Shown one piece after another: positions 19,034 to 29,336 of a stretch of 54,596 nt of DNA (positions are counted from its first letter, which is position 1; the number at the start of each line of letters is the position of its first letter). The position numbers and the translations under genes are program-made. Under the pieces are notes generated by a model that saw only the letters and a list, made by a program, of their open reading frames with translations, ran no database searches and was not told the origin of the DNA. This DNA comes from Chitinophagales bacterium (GTDB taxonomy: Bacteria; Bacteroidota; Bacteroidia; Chitinophagales; JADIYW01): the NCBI GenBank assembly GCA_044357355.1, contig JBIKPT010000003.1, positions 1 through 54,596 on the forward strand, read 5' to 3'.

Positions 19034-20667
19034 AACTCACTATAGTCATAGTAAATTATAATGTGCGCTATTTTTTAGAGCAAACGATTTCGTCTGTTTA
19101 TAAATCGAATATAAATTTTGACTTTGAAATTTTTGTAGTCGATAATAATTCTTCGGATGATTCACTGAACATGCTCGCACAAAAATTTCCAAATGTTACA
19201 GTCATTGCAAATAATGAAAATGCAGGATTTTCTAAAGCCAATAATCAGGCAATAAGATTGTCAACTTCGGAATTTATTTTATTACTAAATCCGGATACAA
19301 TTATACAGGAAGATACCCTGCAAAAGTGTATCGATAAAATGGAAACAGATCCAACTGTTGGTGGTTTAGGTGTGAAAATGGTAGACGGAGCCGGTAATTT
19401 TTTGCCTGAGTCAAAACGCGGATTTCCGTCTCCGATGGCAGCCTTTGCAAAGATGAGCGGCTTGTCAAAACTCTTTCCGAAATCAAAAACGTTTGGCCAA
19501 TATCACTTAACCTATCTCGATAAAAATGAATCTCATGAAATTGATGTGTTAAGCGGCGCCTTCATGTTGCTTCGAAAAAGTGTACTGGATAAAGTAGGCT
19601 TGTTAGATGAAGATTATTTTATGTATGGCGAAGACATAGATTTATCTTATCGCATCAGAAAAGCAAATTTTAAGAACTATTATTTCGCCGATACGTCTAT
19701 TATTCATTTTAAAGGTGAAAGCACAAAAAAAGGTAGCTTAAATTATATCAAAGTGTTTTATAATGCGATGATCATTTTTGCGAACAAACATGTAACCGGC
19801 ACACGCGGCAAAATGCTGACATTTTTATTGAAAATCGCCATCTATTTAAGGGCGTTTTTGGCTGTAGTACAAAAGATAGTAACTCCATTTGGCATGCCGG
19901 TAATGGATGTGTTGCTGATGTCCGGTAATTTGTATGTTTTGCAATTGCTTTGGGAAAATTATATAAAAGTAAGCGAACACGTCATTTTTCCGGCAACGTT
20001 CTTTTATGTGAATATGCCTATCTATATTGCTATTTGGCTGTCATCGATGTTGTTGTTTGGCGTATATGCTAAAAATACGAAGTGGAAGCGTTTATTAATT
20101 GGCTTGACTTTCGGAACGCTGGTTATTGCAATAGTATACGCTTTTTTTCCTAATTTCCTGCGTACATCGAGAGGTGTGATATTAGTGGGGTTTTTCGTAA
20201 ACCTACTTTTGTTGTCGGCTTACCGTTTTCTTTTCCATTATTTTAATAATACGTTGTATGCATTTATAAAAGAAGAAAAGAAGTATATCATCATCGGAAG
20301 TGAAAAAGAAGCAACTACTATTTCGGAACAAATTGAGAAATCGCACCTGAAGCATACGTATGCAGGATTTATTTCATTGCATAATGGCATTAAGAATACA
20401 AAAAATTTAGGTTCTATTGATAATCTGAATGATATTCTGGAGGCCTATAAACCCAACGAGATACTGTTTTCTACCGAAGAATTATCGACGCAGTTTATCA
20501 TTGAAACCATGTCGAAAATAAATGAACCAATTGTGTTCAGGTTAGTAACGAAAAATAATACCATTATCAGCAGTACTTCCAAAAATACATCCGGAGAAAT
20601 CTATTCGTTTGACATCAACCTTTCACCGCAGAAATCCTGGATATATAAGTTAAGAGATTGGATTTAA
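19030..20667 (+). CDS. Glycosyltransferase family 2 with C-terminal membrane and Rossmann-like region
   Basis: IVIVNYN, VVDNNSSD, GFSKANN, LLNPD, LSGAFML, FMYGEDIDL, HFKGES. Confidence 0.9.
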   Translation: MKLTIVIVNYNVRYFLEQTISSVYKSNINFDFEIFVVDNNSSDDSLNMLAQKFPNVTVIANNENAGFSKANNQAIRLSTSEFILLLNPDTIIQEDTLQKCIDKMETDPTVGGLGVKMVDGAGNFLPESKRGFPSPMAAFAKMSGLSKLFPKSKTFGQYHLTYLDKNESHEIDVLSGAFMLLRKSVLDKVGLLDEDYFMYGEDIDLSYRIRKANFKNYYFADTSIIHFKGESTKKGSLNYIKVFYNAMIIFANKHVTGTRGKMLTFLLKIAIYLRAFLAVVQKIVTPFGMPVMDVLLMSGNLYVLQLLWENYIKVSEHVIFPATFFYVNMPIYIAIWLSSMLLFGVYAKNTKWKRLLIGLTFGTLVIAIVYAFFPNFLRTSRGVILVGFFVNLLLLSAYRFLFHYFNNTLYAFIKEEKKYIIIGSEKEATTISEQIEKSHLKHTYAGFISLHNGIKNTKNLGSIDNLNDILEAYKPNEILFSTEELSTQFIIETMSKINEPIVFRLVTKNNTIISSTSKNTSGEIYSFDINLSPQKSWIYKLRDWI

Positions 20668-20712
20668 GAAAGATATTCACTATCTTTAGAAATACATCAA
20701 TTTAGAAACATC

Positions 20713-21132
20713 ATGAAATCCTACCTTCTTACACTCGTTGTTTTATTTATAGCGCTTAACAGCAAAGCTCAAGCCATGCCAGATGTTTTAGGTGTTTGGT
20801 GTTCCGGTAAAAAGGACTGCAAAGTGCAGTTGTATAAAAACGGAAATACCATTGAAGGAAAAGTAGTCTGGCTGCTGGAAGATAAAGATGAACATGGCAA
20901 TCTCTTGCTCGATTCAAAATATAAAAAGCCCTTGGTTGGCTTAAAAATCCTTTGGGATGCTGTTTATAATCCAATTACGAATTATTTTGAAAACGGCATT
21001 GCCTATGTAAAAGGCCATGAGTTTTGTGGTAAATTCAAACTAAACAAAGACGGAACCTTAGACGTCACCGGTTTTATCTGCAGCCTGAAATTTCTGAAAA
21101 AAACAGATACCTGGACACGAGTGATAGATTAA
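20713..21132 (+). CDS. DUF2147-family exported protein
   Basis: Signal peptide; LGVW, IEGKVVWL, PLVGLKIL, L.V.G.I.....K.DTWTR. Confidence 0.75.
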   Translation: MKSYLLTLVVLFIALNSKAQAMPDVLGVWCSGKKDCKVQLYKNGNTIEGKVVWLLEDKDEHGNLLLDSKYKKPLVGLKILWDAVYNPITNYFENGIAYVKGHEFCGKFKLNKDGTLDVTGFICSLKFLKKTDTWTRVID

Positions 21133-21182
21133 TATTGACAGATTGTAAAAATATCTTGTTATGAATACAATGGATTTTTTTT

Positions 21183-21680
21183 ATGACGAAAATATGTAAA
21201 AGCAGTTTTATTGTTCTGATTTTATTAATAAATCATTTTTCAATTTTTGCACAAACAAAGAGTGAAATGTTTTTTGAAATCGGCAATTACTAATCAATAA
21301 GTGGAGATTTTAAAAATGCAATTATAAGCTATGACAGCGCAATTGTTTTAAATTCAAAGTATAAGGAAGAATATTATTTTCGCGGCATGGCTTATCAAGA
21401 ATTAGAAGAATTCAATCTAGCTATAGGTGATTTTAACAAAGCAATAGAATTAGATTCAGATTATTTAGATGTTTACATAAGTAATGCTATTTGTAAAAAT
21501 AAAATTAAAGATTATAAAGGTGCTTTAATAGATTATAGTAATGCTGAATCATGCCAAGCAAGCGGTCTTATCAAAGCAATCTTGTATGATGATAGTGGTG
21601 CCTGTTTAGGTTTTAAGAAAGCTAAAAGTCTTTATAGTTCTAATGATATTGATGAACTAATTAGAAAATATTGTAAATAA
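21183..21680 (+). pseudogene. TPR-repeat exported protein with premature TAA at 21291-21293
   Basis: ATG 21183 gives MTKICKSSFIVLILL...FAQ...GNY*SISGDFKNAIISYDSAIVLNSKYKEEYYFRGMAYQELEEFNLAIGDFNKAIEL, in frame with ORF 21387-21680; TPR consensus on both sides of the stop. Confidence 0.8.
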
Positions 21681-21682
21681 CC

Positions 21683-21718
21683 AATGCCTTGGTTCGTGTC
21701 CTCACGAACCAAGGCATT
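21683..21718. repeat. 16-bp perfect inverted repeat (REP-like or bidirectional terminator)
   Basis: AATGCCTTGGTTCGTG-TCCT-CACGAACCAAGGCATT between convergent genes; no U tract. Confidence 0.7.
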
Positions 21719-23204
21719 ACCTGCTGTAATTCGGTGCTTCATTCGTAATGGTCACATCATGCGGATGGCTTTCGTTTACGCCAGCTTGTGTGATTTTTAC
21801 AAATTGAGCTTCATCCTGCAAGCTTGGAATGTCTTTTGCGCCACAATAACCCATACCGGCACGTAAGCCACCAATAAACTGATAAATTACTTCGCTCAAT
21901 GTTCCTTTGTATGGCACGCGTCCTACAATGCCTTCCGGCACCAACTTCTTGATATCTTCTTCCACATCCTGGAAATATCTGTCTTTTGAACCTTCCTGCA
22001 TCGCTTCCAAACTTCCCATTCCACGGTACGTCTTGAATTTTCGTCCTTCAAAAATTACCGTTTTACCCGGACTTTCTTCTGTACCGGCAAACAAGGAACC
22101 TGCCATAATCGTATTGGCACCAGCAGCCAGTGCTTTCACCATATCGCCGGTGTAGCGAATGCCACCATCGCCGATAATCGGAACACCTGTATTTTTTAAA
22201 GAAACAGCAGCGTCATAAATGGCACTAAGTTGTGGTACACCAACGCCGGCCACCACACGTGTAGTACAAATTGAACCCGGACCAACACCAACCTTCACGG
22301 CATCTACACCGGCATCAGCCAGTGCTTTTGCTGCAGCACCGGTGGCCACATTGCCGCCAACAATATCCAAATGCGGAAAAGTTTGTTTGGCGTTTTTAAT
22401 GGCTGTCAGTACACCATGCGAATGTCCGTGTGCCGTATCAATGCATATAAAATCCACACCAACGCTCACCAACGCTTCGATGCGCTGCATCATATCTGTG
22501 GTAACGCCAACAGCTGCGGCTACACGCAATCTGCCAGAATCATCTTTGGAAGAGTTCGGGTAGTTTTTTACTTTTAAAATATCTTTGTACGTAATTAAAC
22601 CTACCAGTTTGTCGTTTTTGTCAACGATGGGTAGTTTTTCAATTCTGTATTGATGCAGAATATCTTCCGCTTGTTTTAAGGTGGTTTTTTCAGGAGCTGT
22701 AATCAATCTGTCTTTTGTCATTAAATCCTGAATCAGCATGGAAGCATCTTTGCAAAAGCGCAAATCGCGGTTGGTTAAAATACCCACTAAAATACCACTC
22801 TCGCTGGTAATCGGAATGCCGCCGATTCTGTTTTCCGACATCAGAGCAAAGGCTTCAGCCACTTTTGCGGTCGGTCTCAGCGTAATCGGGTCGGTAATCA
22901 AGCCGCTTTCAGAGCGTTTTACCTTGCGTACTTCTGCTGCCTGTGCCTCAATCGGCATATTCTTATGCAAAACACCAATTCCACCTTCACGTGCCAGCGC
23001 AATCGCCAGGTTAGATTCCGTTACCGTATCCATCGCAGCAGATAATATCGGAATGTTGATGGTGATATTGCGCGTTACTTTTGTACGGATGTCCGTTTCT
23101 CTTGGTAATACCTGTGAGTAAGCCGGTAATAATAATACATCGTCAAATGTAAATCCGTCGCCAGCAAATTTGTGTTGAGAAGAAAAATGAGAGAGTGTTT
23201 CCAT
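21717..23204 (-). CDS. guaB: Inosine-5'-monophosphate dehydrogenase
   Basis: [20 protein letters not shown] pair, [16 protein letters not shown] (catalytic Cys), DGGI, YRGMGS, PEG. Confidence 0.98.
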   Translation of the reverse strand: METLSHFSSQHKFAGDGFTFDDVLLLPAYSQVLPRETDIRTKVTRNITINIPILSAAMDTVTESNLAIALAREGGIGVLHKNMPIEAQAAEVRKVKRSESGLITDPITLRPTAKVAEAFALMSENRIGGIPITSESGILVGILTNRDLRFCKDASMLIQDLMTKDRLITAPEKTTLKQAEDILHQYRIEKLPIVDKNDKLVGLITYKDILKVKNYPNSSKDDSGRLRVAAAVGVTTDMMQRIEALVSVGVDFICIDTAHGHSHGVLTAIKNAKQTFPHLDIVGGNVATGAAAKALADAGVDAVKVGVGPGSICTTRVVAGVGVPQLSAIYDAAVSLKNTGVPIIGDGGIRYTGDMVKALAAGANTIMAGSLFAGTEESPGKTVIFEGRKFKTYRGMGSLEAMQEGSKDRYFQDVEEDIKKLVPEGIVGRVPYKGTLSEVIYQFIGGLRAGMGYCGAKDIPSLQDEAQFVKITQAGVNESHPHDVTITNEAPNYSR

Positions 23205-23318
23205 GTGCAAAAATATGGAAAAGTTATAAGTTATACGTTAATAGTGCGCAGTTTTTTTGTAAAAATACATTTAACATTCATAATTTGTCAGGAATACCAG
23301 CTTTTGTCAGGCTAAGTA

Positions 23319-23864
23319 TTATAGTTTTCCTTTTGCCTGTTCCAGTGTTTTTTGTAGTTCTTCAATGTCATCATTGGATAGAATCTCAATTGTTTTATCA
23401 TTATGAATGTCGGTTTGAGCTGTAAAACTCCAGTCTAATTTATTTTGAGTATTCAACACCGTATTCAGCATTAATTGAAATCCGGATTTAGTCGTGAATT
23501 TTATTTCTGTATAGCTTCCGGGCGTGGTCTTGCTTTTCAGAATTGTCTTCATGTATTGCAAAGTAGTAAGCAGCCCGTCAATTTCTTCCGCATCGATATA
23601 ATTGTTGTAAGTTTTTAGTTCTTTTCCAATCTGCACTTTGTGAATGACGCGTAATCCGGTGGTGGTGCTAAATTTTTCCAGATTGGTTACTTTAATGGCA
23701 TCCAGACGAAAGGCAGGAATATTGTCTACTGAAAATACTTCCTGTTTGTACAAAAAGCCTTTGGTTAAAACCGCCTCTTCTATTTTTGTTTTTAGCAAGT
23801 TGTCTTCTGCAAAAGAGACAGACATAAATAAACAAAACAGTAAAAATAAAACGGAACGTTTCAT
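23319..23864 (-). CDS. Hypothetical exported protein
   Basis: MKRSVLFLLFCLFMSVSFA signal peptide from ATG 23864. Confidence 0.7.
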   Translation of the reverse strand: MKRSVLFLLFCLFMSVSFAEDNLLKTKIEEAVLTKGFLYKQEVFSVDNIPAFRLDAIKVTNLEKFSTTTGLRVIHKVQIGKELKTYNNYIDAEEIDGLLTTLQYMKTILKSKTTPGSYTEIKFTTKSGFQLMLNTVLNTQNKLDWSFTAQTDIHNDKTIEILSNDDIEELQKTLEQAKGKL

Positions 23865-23922
23865 AAAGAAATTATTTTTGATAAAGATACAAATAAGCAA
23901 TAACTATGAGCGTATAACTTTC

Positions 23923-25161
23923 TTACGATAAATAGGATAAATACTCTTTTTCAACGGAAGTTGCTGCTTTTCTGGCAGGCAAATAAGCAGCAACTAGACT
24001 AATCAGCACAACAACCAAGGCCACAACGGCAAAGTCTGTAAATTGCATTTTTACCGGATAATATTGCACCAGAAAGGAGGAGCCAGGCATTGGAACTAAT
24101 CCAGCTTTTTGTTGTAGAATACATAAAATAAATGCCAGAAACATACCGATAAAAGCACCAACACACGACATTAAAATACCTTCCAGTAAGAACAGTTTAA
24201 TAATGCTGTTTTTGTGAATGCCTAATGCGGTAAGTGTGGCTATGTCTTTTTTCTTTTCAAGCACCAGCATAGACAAAGCACCGATTATATTGAAAGAAGC
24301 AATAATCATGATGAGTACCAGAATGGCAAAAGTAATCCATTTTTCACTTTTCAGGATCTTGTATAATACTTCATTTTGCTCATAACGACTTTTTATTACA
24401 AAGGCTGTTCCCAATTGTTGCTGCAATTCTTGGATGGCAAGTTCCGATTTCGTAATGTCTTTTAATCGTATCTCAATTTGAGAGGCTTTATCATAATTAT
24501 CGGTCAGTTGCTGAAAAAAATCTAATGGCACAAACGTGTATTTGGTGTCAAACTCATCCGATACGGCAAAAGCACCGGCTGGAGTTACATAGCTTTTATT
24601 AAAGGCATTTTCCATCGATGCAAAAGAACCTGCCGTTTTTTTAGGCATATAAATGGATAATGGATTAAAGGATTGAGATGGATTCATGCCTAATTTTTGA
24701 GCCACACCTACACCAACGATGCAATAATTGATACTGTCTTTTTGCAGTATTTTCTTGCCGTCGACCAGAAACGTATCAAACTTTTTAACTACATTAAAAT
24801 AGTTTTTGTCGACACCTTTTACCGTGCAAATATGCTGGCGATCTGAATATTCTAGTAAGGCATTTTCTTCCAGTACAAAACTATAAGCATCTATATAATT
24901 GATGGCTTTTAATTTTTGCCGTAAATCCGTGGAGGTCTCAAACGTTTTTCCTTCAACCGCTGTAATGGCAATGTCCGGATAAAAAACAGCATACAGCGAT
25001 TTTACCAAATCTTCCAATCCATTGAAAACGGAAAGCACCAGAATCAACGCCATGGTGCCAAACAACATAGCAACACCACTCACCAGCGAAATGATATTAA
25101 TCGCATTGGTGGACTTTTTACTGAATAAGTAACGTTTGGCTATATTGAGTTCAAGATTCAT
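23923..25161 (-). CDS. ABC transporter permease, LolC/E-FtsX family
   Basis: IAKRYLFSKKS, LSVFNG, MacB-type periplasmic domain, ASFNIIGALSMLVLEKKKDI, YLPARKA. Confidence 0.9.
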   Translation of the reverse strand: MNLELNIAKRYLFSKKSTNAINIISLVSGVAMLFGTMALILVLSVFNGLEDLVKSLYAVFYPDIAITAVEGKTFETSTDLRQKLKAINYIDAYSFVLEENALLEYSDRQHICTVKGVDKNYFNVVKKFDTFLVDGKKILQKDSINYCIVGVGVAQKLGMNPSQSFNPLSIYMPKKTAGSFASMENAFNKSYVTPAGAFAVSDEFDTKYTFVPLDFFQQLTDNYDKASQIEIRLKDITKSELAIQELQQQLGTAFVIKSRYEQNEVLYKILKSEKWITFAILVLIMIIASFNIIGALSMLVLEKKKDIATLTALGIHKNSIIKLFLLEGILMSCVGAFIGMFLAFILCILQQKAGLVPMPGSSFLVQYYPVKMQFTDFAVVALVVVLISLVAAYLPARKAATSVEKEYLSYLS

Positions 25162-25214
25162 GTTGGTTTATTGGTCAATGGCATTGGTCAATAGTTATTG
25201 ATTAATAGTCTAAA

Positions 25215-25607
25215 CTATTCACTTTTTTCACCATTTCTCAACTTATCCAACTCCGCGTCTTTTTTCTTGATTTCGCTGAAAATACGTTCCAGGTTCTGTA
25301 CATCTTCCAACGTATCATCTTTGAAGAATTCCAATTGAGGTATGGAGCGAACCTTGTTTCGTATCTTTTTCCCTAAAAAACCACGGATTAGCTTATTGTA
25401 TTTATCCAGATTATCCAGAATAGTTTCTGGTTTAGGATGGTTGTAAATACTCACATATATTCTTGCCGTATACAAATCCGGCGTGATGCGAACTCCAGAA
25501 ATGGTAATCAGCGCGCCTTCTAAAATAGTATTCAGGTCTTTCTGTACAATTTCGCTCATTGCCACTTGTATCGTTTTTGCCACTTGTCTTTGTCTGATAG
25601 ATTCCAT
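25215..25607 (-). CDS. rbfA: 30S ribosome-binding factor A
   Basis: MESIRQRQVAKTIQ, ITISGVRITPDLYTARIYVSI, IRNKVRSIPQLEFFKDD; start ATG 25607. Confidence 0.95.
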   Translation of the reverse strand: MESIRQRQVAKTIQVAMSEIVQKDLNTILEGALITISGVRITPDLYTARIYVSIYNHPKPETILDNLDKYNKLIRGFLGKKIRNKVRSIPQLEFFKDDTLEDVQNLERIFSEIKKKDAELDKLRNGEKSE

Positions 25608-25639
25608 AAAACAAAAGTAAATAATATCTTTACACTTCA
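25608..25639. promoter_or_regulatory. Back-to-back divergent -7 promoter boxes
   Basis: TACTTTTG on minus strand (25619-25612) and TATCTTTA on plus strand (25625-25632) within a 32-bp gap. Confidence 0.6.
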
Positions 25640-27484
25640 ATGCAAGATTTACGCAGTTTATTAAAATATTGCCGACCGTACATTCCGAATGTAATCCTGA
25701 ACATCGTTTTCAACCTGTTTTCGACGATTTTTTCTATTTTTTCCTTTCTGATGCTGATTCCATTTCTGAACCTGATTTTTAATTCAGACAAGATGGTAGC
25801 TACAGATATAAAGGATGTGCCTTTCAGTTTGCTTAATTTAAAAGATTTTATGGGTTCCACATTTAACAATAGGGTTATTCATTTCATACAGAACAGTGAA
25901 AGCATTGAAATCGGAAAATCAAAAGCCTTGTTGTTTATTTGCTTGTTTACGGTATTCGTGTTCCTGGTGAAGAATTTCTTTCGCTACTTTGCCGTGCATT
26001 TTCTGGCACCCATGCGAACAGGTATAGCCAGCAACATCCGTCAGCAGCTATACGATAAGATTCTGAGTTTGCATGTGTTGTATTTTTCCGACCAGCGCAA
26101 GGGTGACGTGTTAACTCGTCTGACAAACGATGTGCAGGAAGTAGAATACGGAATTTTACATTTTCTGGAAGTGGCGTTTAAAGAACCGGTAACCATTATT
26201 GCAACATTGGTTACGATGTTGTTGCTGAGTCCGCAACTTACTTTATTTGTGTTAATCATTTTACCAGTTTCCGGATATATTATAGGCAAGATTGGGAAAA
26301 CATTAAAAAATGCATCTACAAAATCACAGCAATTACAAGGCATTATCAATTCTATTGTAGATGAAACCATTTCCGGTATCAGAATCATAAAATCTTTCAC
26401 TGCAGAAAAAAACCTGTCGGAGAAGTTTAAAAACATCAATCAGCAACACAACAAGATTGGCACCGGCATGATTCGCAAACGCGATTTGTCGACGCCTTTG
26501 TCTGAATTCTTAGGAATAACGGTTGTTGTCATCGTTTTATATGTTGGTGGAAAGATGATTATTCATCATACGTCACCATTAAGCGCAGAAGCCTTTATTG
26601 CTTTTATTGTTATTTTCTCTCAAATTATCCAACCGGCAAAAGCATTTTCCAACGCCTTCTATTTTATACAAAAAGGTATGGCTTCTCTGAGAAGAATTGA
26701 AGAAGTTTTACTGGAAGAAAATAAAATAAACGACCTGCCAAATGCTGTTACAGTTTCTGATTTTAATGATAAAGTAGAATTAAAAAATGTCTCCTTTTCA
26801 TATGAAGATAGTGCTGTTCTGAAAAATATTAGCCTGAAAATTCCTAAAGGAAGAAAGATAGCCATAGTTGGTGTTTCAGGTTCCGGAAAGTCAACGTTCA
26901 TTCAGTTGTTAATGCGGTTTTTTGATGTTACAGATGGTGAAATTTTGCTTGATGGAAAAAATATTAAATCAATTCCGCAGAAGGATTTACGCAGTTTAAT
27001 TGCCTTGGTATCGCAGCAGTCGGTATTGTTTAATGATACGGTTGCAAGTAATATTTCTTTTGGGAAAATGGATAGTACTAATGCCATTCAGCAGGCAGCA
27101 AAATTGGCACATGCAGACGAATTTATCCGGAAAATGCCACTGCAATACGAAACCAATATTGGCGACAACGGTGTAAAGTTAAGCGGTGGAGAACAGCAGC
27201 GATTGTCAATTGCTCGCGCCATCTATAAAAATGCGCCAATTTTAATTCTGGATGAAGCCACTTCTCACCTGGATAGTAATTCTGAAAAGCTGGTACAAGA
27301 TGCCTTGCAGAATCTATTGAAAGATAAAACAGCTATCATCATCGCACATAGATTGTCTACCGTGCAGTTTGCAGATGAAATTATAGTATTAAAAGAAGGC
27401 AACATGCTTGAAAGAGGCACGCATCAGCAATTGATGCAGCAAAACGGCGAATACAAGAAACTGGTGGATTTGCAACAACTATAG
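25640..27484 (+). CDS. ABC exporter ATP-binding/permease fusion (MsbA-like)
   Basis: TM domain, Walker A GVSGSGKST, signature LSGGEQQRL, Walker B ILILDEATS, IAHRLST. Confidence 0.93.
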   Translation: MQDLRSLLKYCRPYIPNVILNIVFNLFSTIFSIFSFLMLIPFLNLIFNSDKMVATDIKDVPFSLLNLKDFMGSTFNNRVIHFIQNSESIEIGKSKALLFICLFTVFVFLVKNFFRYFAVHFLAPMRTGIASNIRQQLYDKILSLHVLYFSDQRKGDVLTRLTNDVQEVEYGILHFLEVAFKEPVTIIATLVTMLLLSPQLTLFVLIILPVSGYIIGKIGKTLKNASTKSQQLQGIINSIVDETISGIRIIKSFTAEKNLSEKFKNINQQHNKIGTGMIRKRDLSTPLSEFLGITVVVIVLYVGGKMIIHHTSPLSAEAFIAFIVIFSQIIQPAKAFSNAFYFIQKGMASLRRIEEVLLEENKINDLPNAVTVSDFNDKVELKNVSFSYEDSAVLKNISLKIPKGRKIAIVGVSGSGKSTFIQLLMRFFDVTDGEILLDGKNIKSIPQKDLRSLIALVSQQSVLFNDTVASNISFGKMDSTNAIQQAAKLAHADEFIRKMPLQYETNIGDNGVKLSGGEQQRLSIARAIYKNAPILILDEATSHLDSNSEKLVQDALQNLLKDKTAIIIAHRLSTVQFADEIIVLKEGNMLERGTHQQLMQQNGEYKKLVDLQQL

Positions 27485-27654
27485 TGAAAAGTAATAAGGA
27501 GCAAGTAATAAGTAAAAGTGGTTATTACAAGATGCAGGTTGTTGAATTTGCCTTAGTGTATTTTAATAATCGTAAAATCAAAAATCCATTAATCTTCTAA
27601 TCTGACGAATCCGGATTCAGACGACATACCGTGTTTTGATAAGTACGAACCGCC

Positions 27655-27693
27655 TAAAGAATGACTAGTCCGACCCAAAGGATCGGACTAGCC
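27655..27693 (-). terminator. Terminator of yceI
   Basis: Minus strand GGCTAGTCCGATCC-TTT-GGGTCGGACTAGTC (14 bp with G-U pairs) then ATTCTTT. Confidence 0.7.
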
Positions 27694-27753
27694 ACAAAAA
27701 CCATAAAACTATGAAAAACCCAATTGCCTCTCGGCAATCAATAGAGTTCGAAA

Positions 27754-28368
27754 TTAATTAGATGCAAGATTCACGTTCAATTCAATCTCATTTTTGATGG
27801 CTTTGTCACCTAAACCTTCGAAAAAGTTGGATGAACCATACTTAATGTCCCACAATGTTCTGTCTATCATGATCTTTGCATTTCCTTCAAAACCATTTCC
27901 TGTTGCTTTAAATGTTGCAGGAAATGTTATACTCTTTGTAATACCTTTGATGGTTAAATCAGCGGTAAGGTTGTATGTATTCGGTTTATTTGTCAATTTT
28001 AACACTTTTGTAATCTTTACATTAGCTGTTGGAAACTCGCTAACATTAAAAAAATCTGTACTGTTTAAATGACCAACCAGTTTTTTACTGTAATCCGCAT
28101 CTGTGATATCATCACAAGTAATGGATTTCATGTCGATAACAAATGCACCTCCTGTAAGAACATCACTTTTAGTGTTTAAAGTTCCTGATTGTATTTTTAC
28201 TTTTCCATTATGTTGTCCAAGAACTTTTTTTCCAATCCATTCAATTCCACTTTTCTCAGTATTAACCGCTACTGCTTTAACTTCTGCATTTCCTTTAGCA
28301 AAAACAGATAAACCGGAGTTTGTTATCAGTGAAAAAATGATTGTTGCAAATAAAAATTGTTTTTTCAT
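27754..28368 (-). CDS. yceI: YceI-family lipid/polyisoprenoid-binding protein
   Basis: Signal peptide; S.IEW.GKKV.G.H.G, IDMKSI, GHLNSTDFFNV..FPTA, LTIKGIT, IDRT.WDIKYGS. Confidence 0.92.
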   Translation of the reverse strand: MKKQFLFATIIFSLITNSGLSVFAKGNAEVKAVAVNTEKSGIEWIGKKVLGQHNGKVKIQSGTLNTKSDVLTGGAFVIDMKSITCDDITDADYSKKLVGHLNSTDFFNVSEFPTANVKITKVLKLTNKPNTYNLTADLTIKGITKSITFPATFKATGNGFEGNAKIMIDRTLWDIKYGSSNFFEGLGDKAIKNEIELNVNLASN

Positions 28369-28383
28369 ATCTACTATTTATAC

Positions 28384-28395
28384 TTGTATATACAA
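28384..28395. promoter_or_regulatory. Palindromic operator candidate TTGTATATACAA upstream of yceI
   Basis: Perfect 12-bp palindrome 15 nt upstream of the ATG, overlapping a GATATTTG -7-like box on the minus strand. Confidence 0.5.
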
Positions 28396-28520
28396 ATATC
28401 GCACCATTTTGTTTATTACAACGTTAAAAATAATAAAAATGTATGTATGAATTCCTTTTTTACATGTGTTTAGTGCATTAATTGATGCAAATCAATACCT
28501 TGGCACAAAATATAAAAAGA

Positions 28521-29336
28521 ATGAAAAATTTTAAAGACAAAATTGCAGTTATCACCGGAGCAGGTTCCGGTATTGGTCAGGCACTTGCCATTGAGTTAGG
28601 AAAAAGAGGTGCTAAGCTGATTTTGTCGGATAAAGATGAAGACACATTGGCAAACACGCAAGGTTTGGTTAAAACAATTGGAGCAAGTTGTAAGATATAT
28701 AGGGTAGATGTATCCGATGAAAATCAAATCACCGGATTTGTTAAAGACGTATTGAAAGAAAATAAGCACATTGACTTGTTATTTAATAATGCTGGTTTTG
28801 CACTCGGAAAAATATCGATGAAAAACGTGAAAATGGAAGATTTTCATAAAATAATGGATGTAAATGTTTGGGGCGTTATCAATCATACGAAAGCATTCTT
28901 GGATGTTTTATTATGCAGGCCTGAAGCAGTTGTTGTAAATATTTCCAGCCTTTTCGGTTTGGTAGGTGTTGCAGATCAGGTGCCTTATTGTACTACTAAG
29001 TTTGCTGTTCGTGGTTTTACAGAAGCTTTACGAATGGAATTAATTGATACGAATGTTGAAGTATATTGCGTGCATCCTGGCGGCATCAATACCAATATTT
29101 ACAAAAATGCTGTTCATTATGAGTCTAATCCGACATTAGATAAAAAATTTCAGAAAGCGCTTGAACGTACGTCACCTGAACAGGCTGCAAAAACAATTCT
29201 TAAGCATATAGAACGCAAAGACGAAAAAGTTTTAATTGGTATAGATGCAGTTTTAGGTGATCGTCTTGCGCGCACGATGCCGGTTGGCTATACTTCTATT
29301 GTGAAAAAGATTTACGATTATACGACTAAGAGTTGA
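28521..29336 (+). CDS. Short-chain dehydrogenase/reductase
   Basis: TGAGSGIG, NNAG, NISS, YxxxK (YCTTK), VHPGGINT; start ATG 28521. Confidence 0.93.
   Translation: MKNFKDKIAVITGAGSGIGQALAIELGKRGAKLILSDKDEDTLANTQGLVKTIGASCKIYRVDVSDENQITGFVKDVLKENKHIDLLFNNAGFALGKISMKNVKMEDFHKIMDVNVWGVINHTKAFLDVLLCRPEAVVVNISSLFGLVGVADQVPYCTTKFAVRGFTEALRMELIDTNVEVYCVHPGGINTNIYKNAVHYESNPTLDKKFQKALERTSPEQAAKTILKHIERKDEKVLIGIDAVLGDRLARTMPVGYTSIVKKIYDYTTKS

Noticed and set aside
21291-21293. Stop-codon recoding in the TPR gene
   Set aside because: TAA ends most ribosomal protein genes here and RF1 is canonical; additional decay favours a pseudogene
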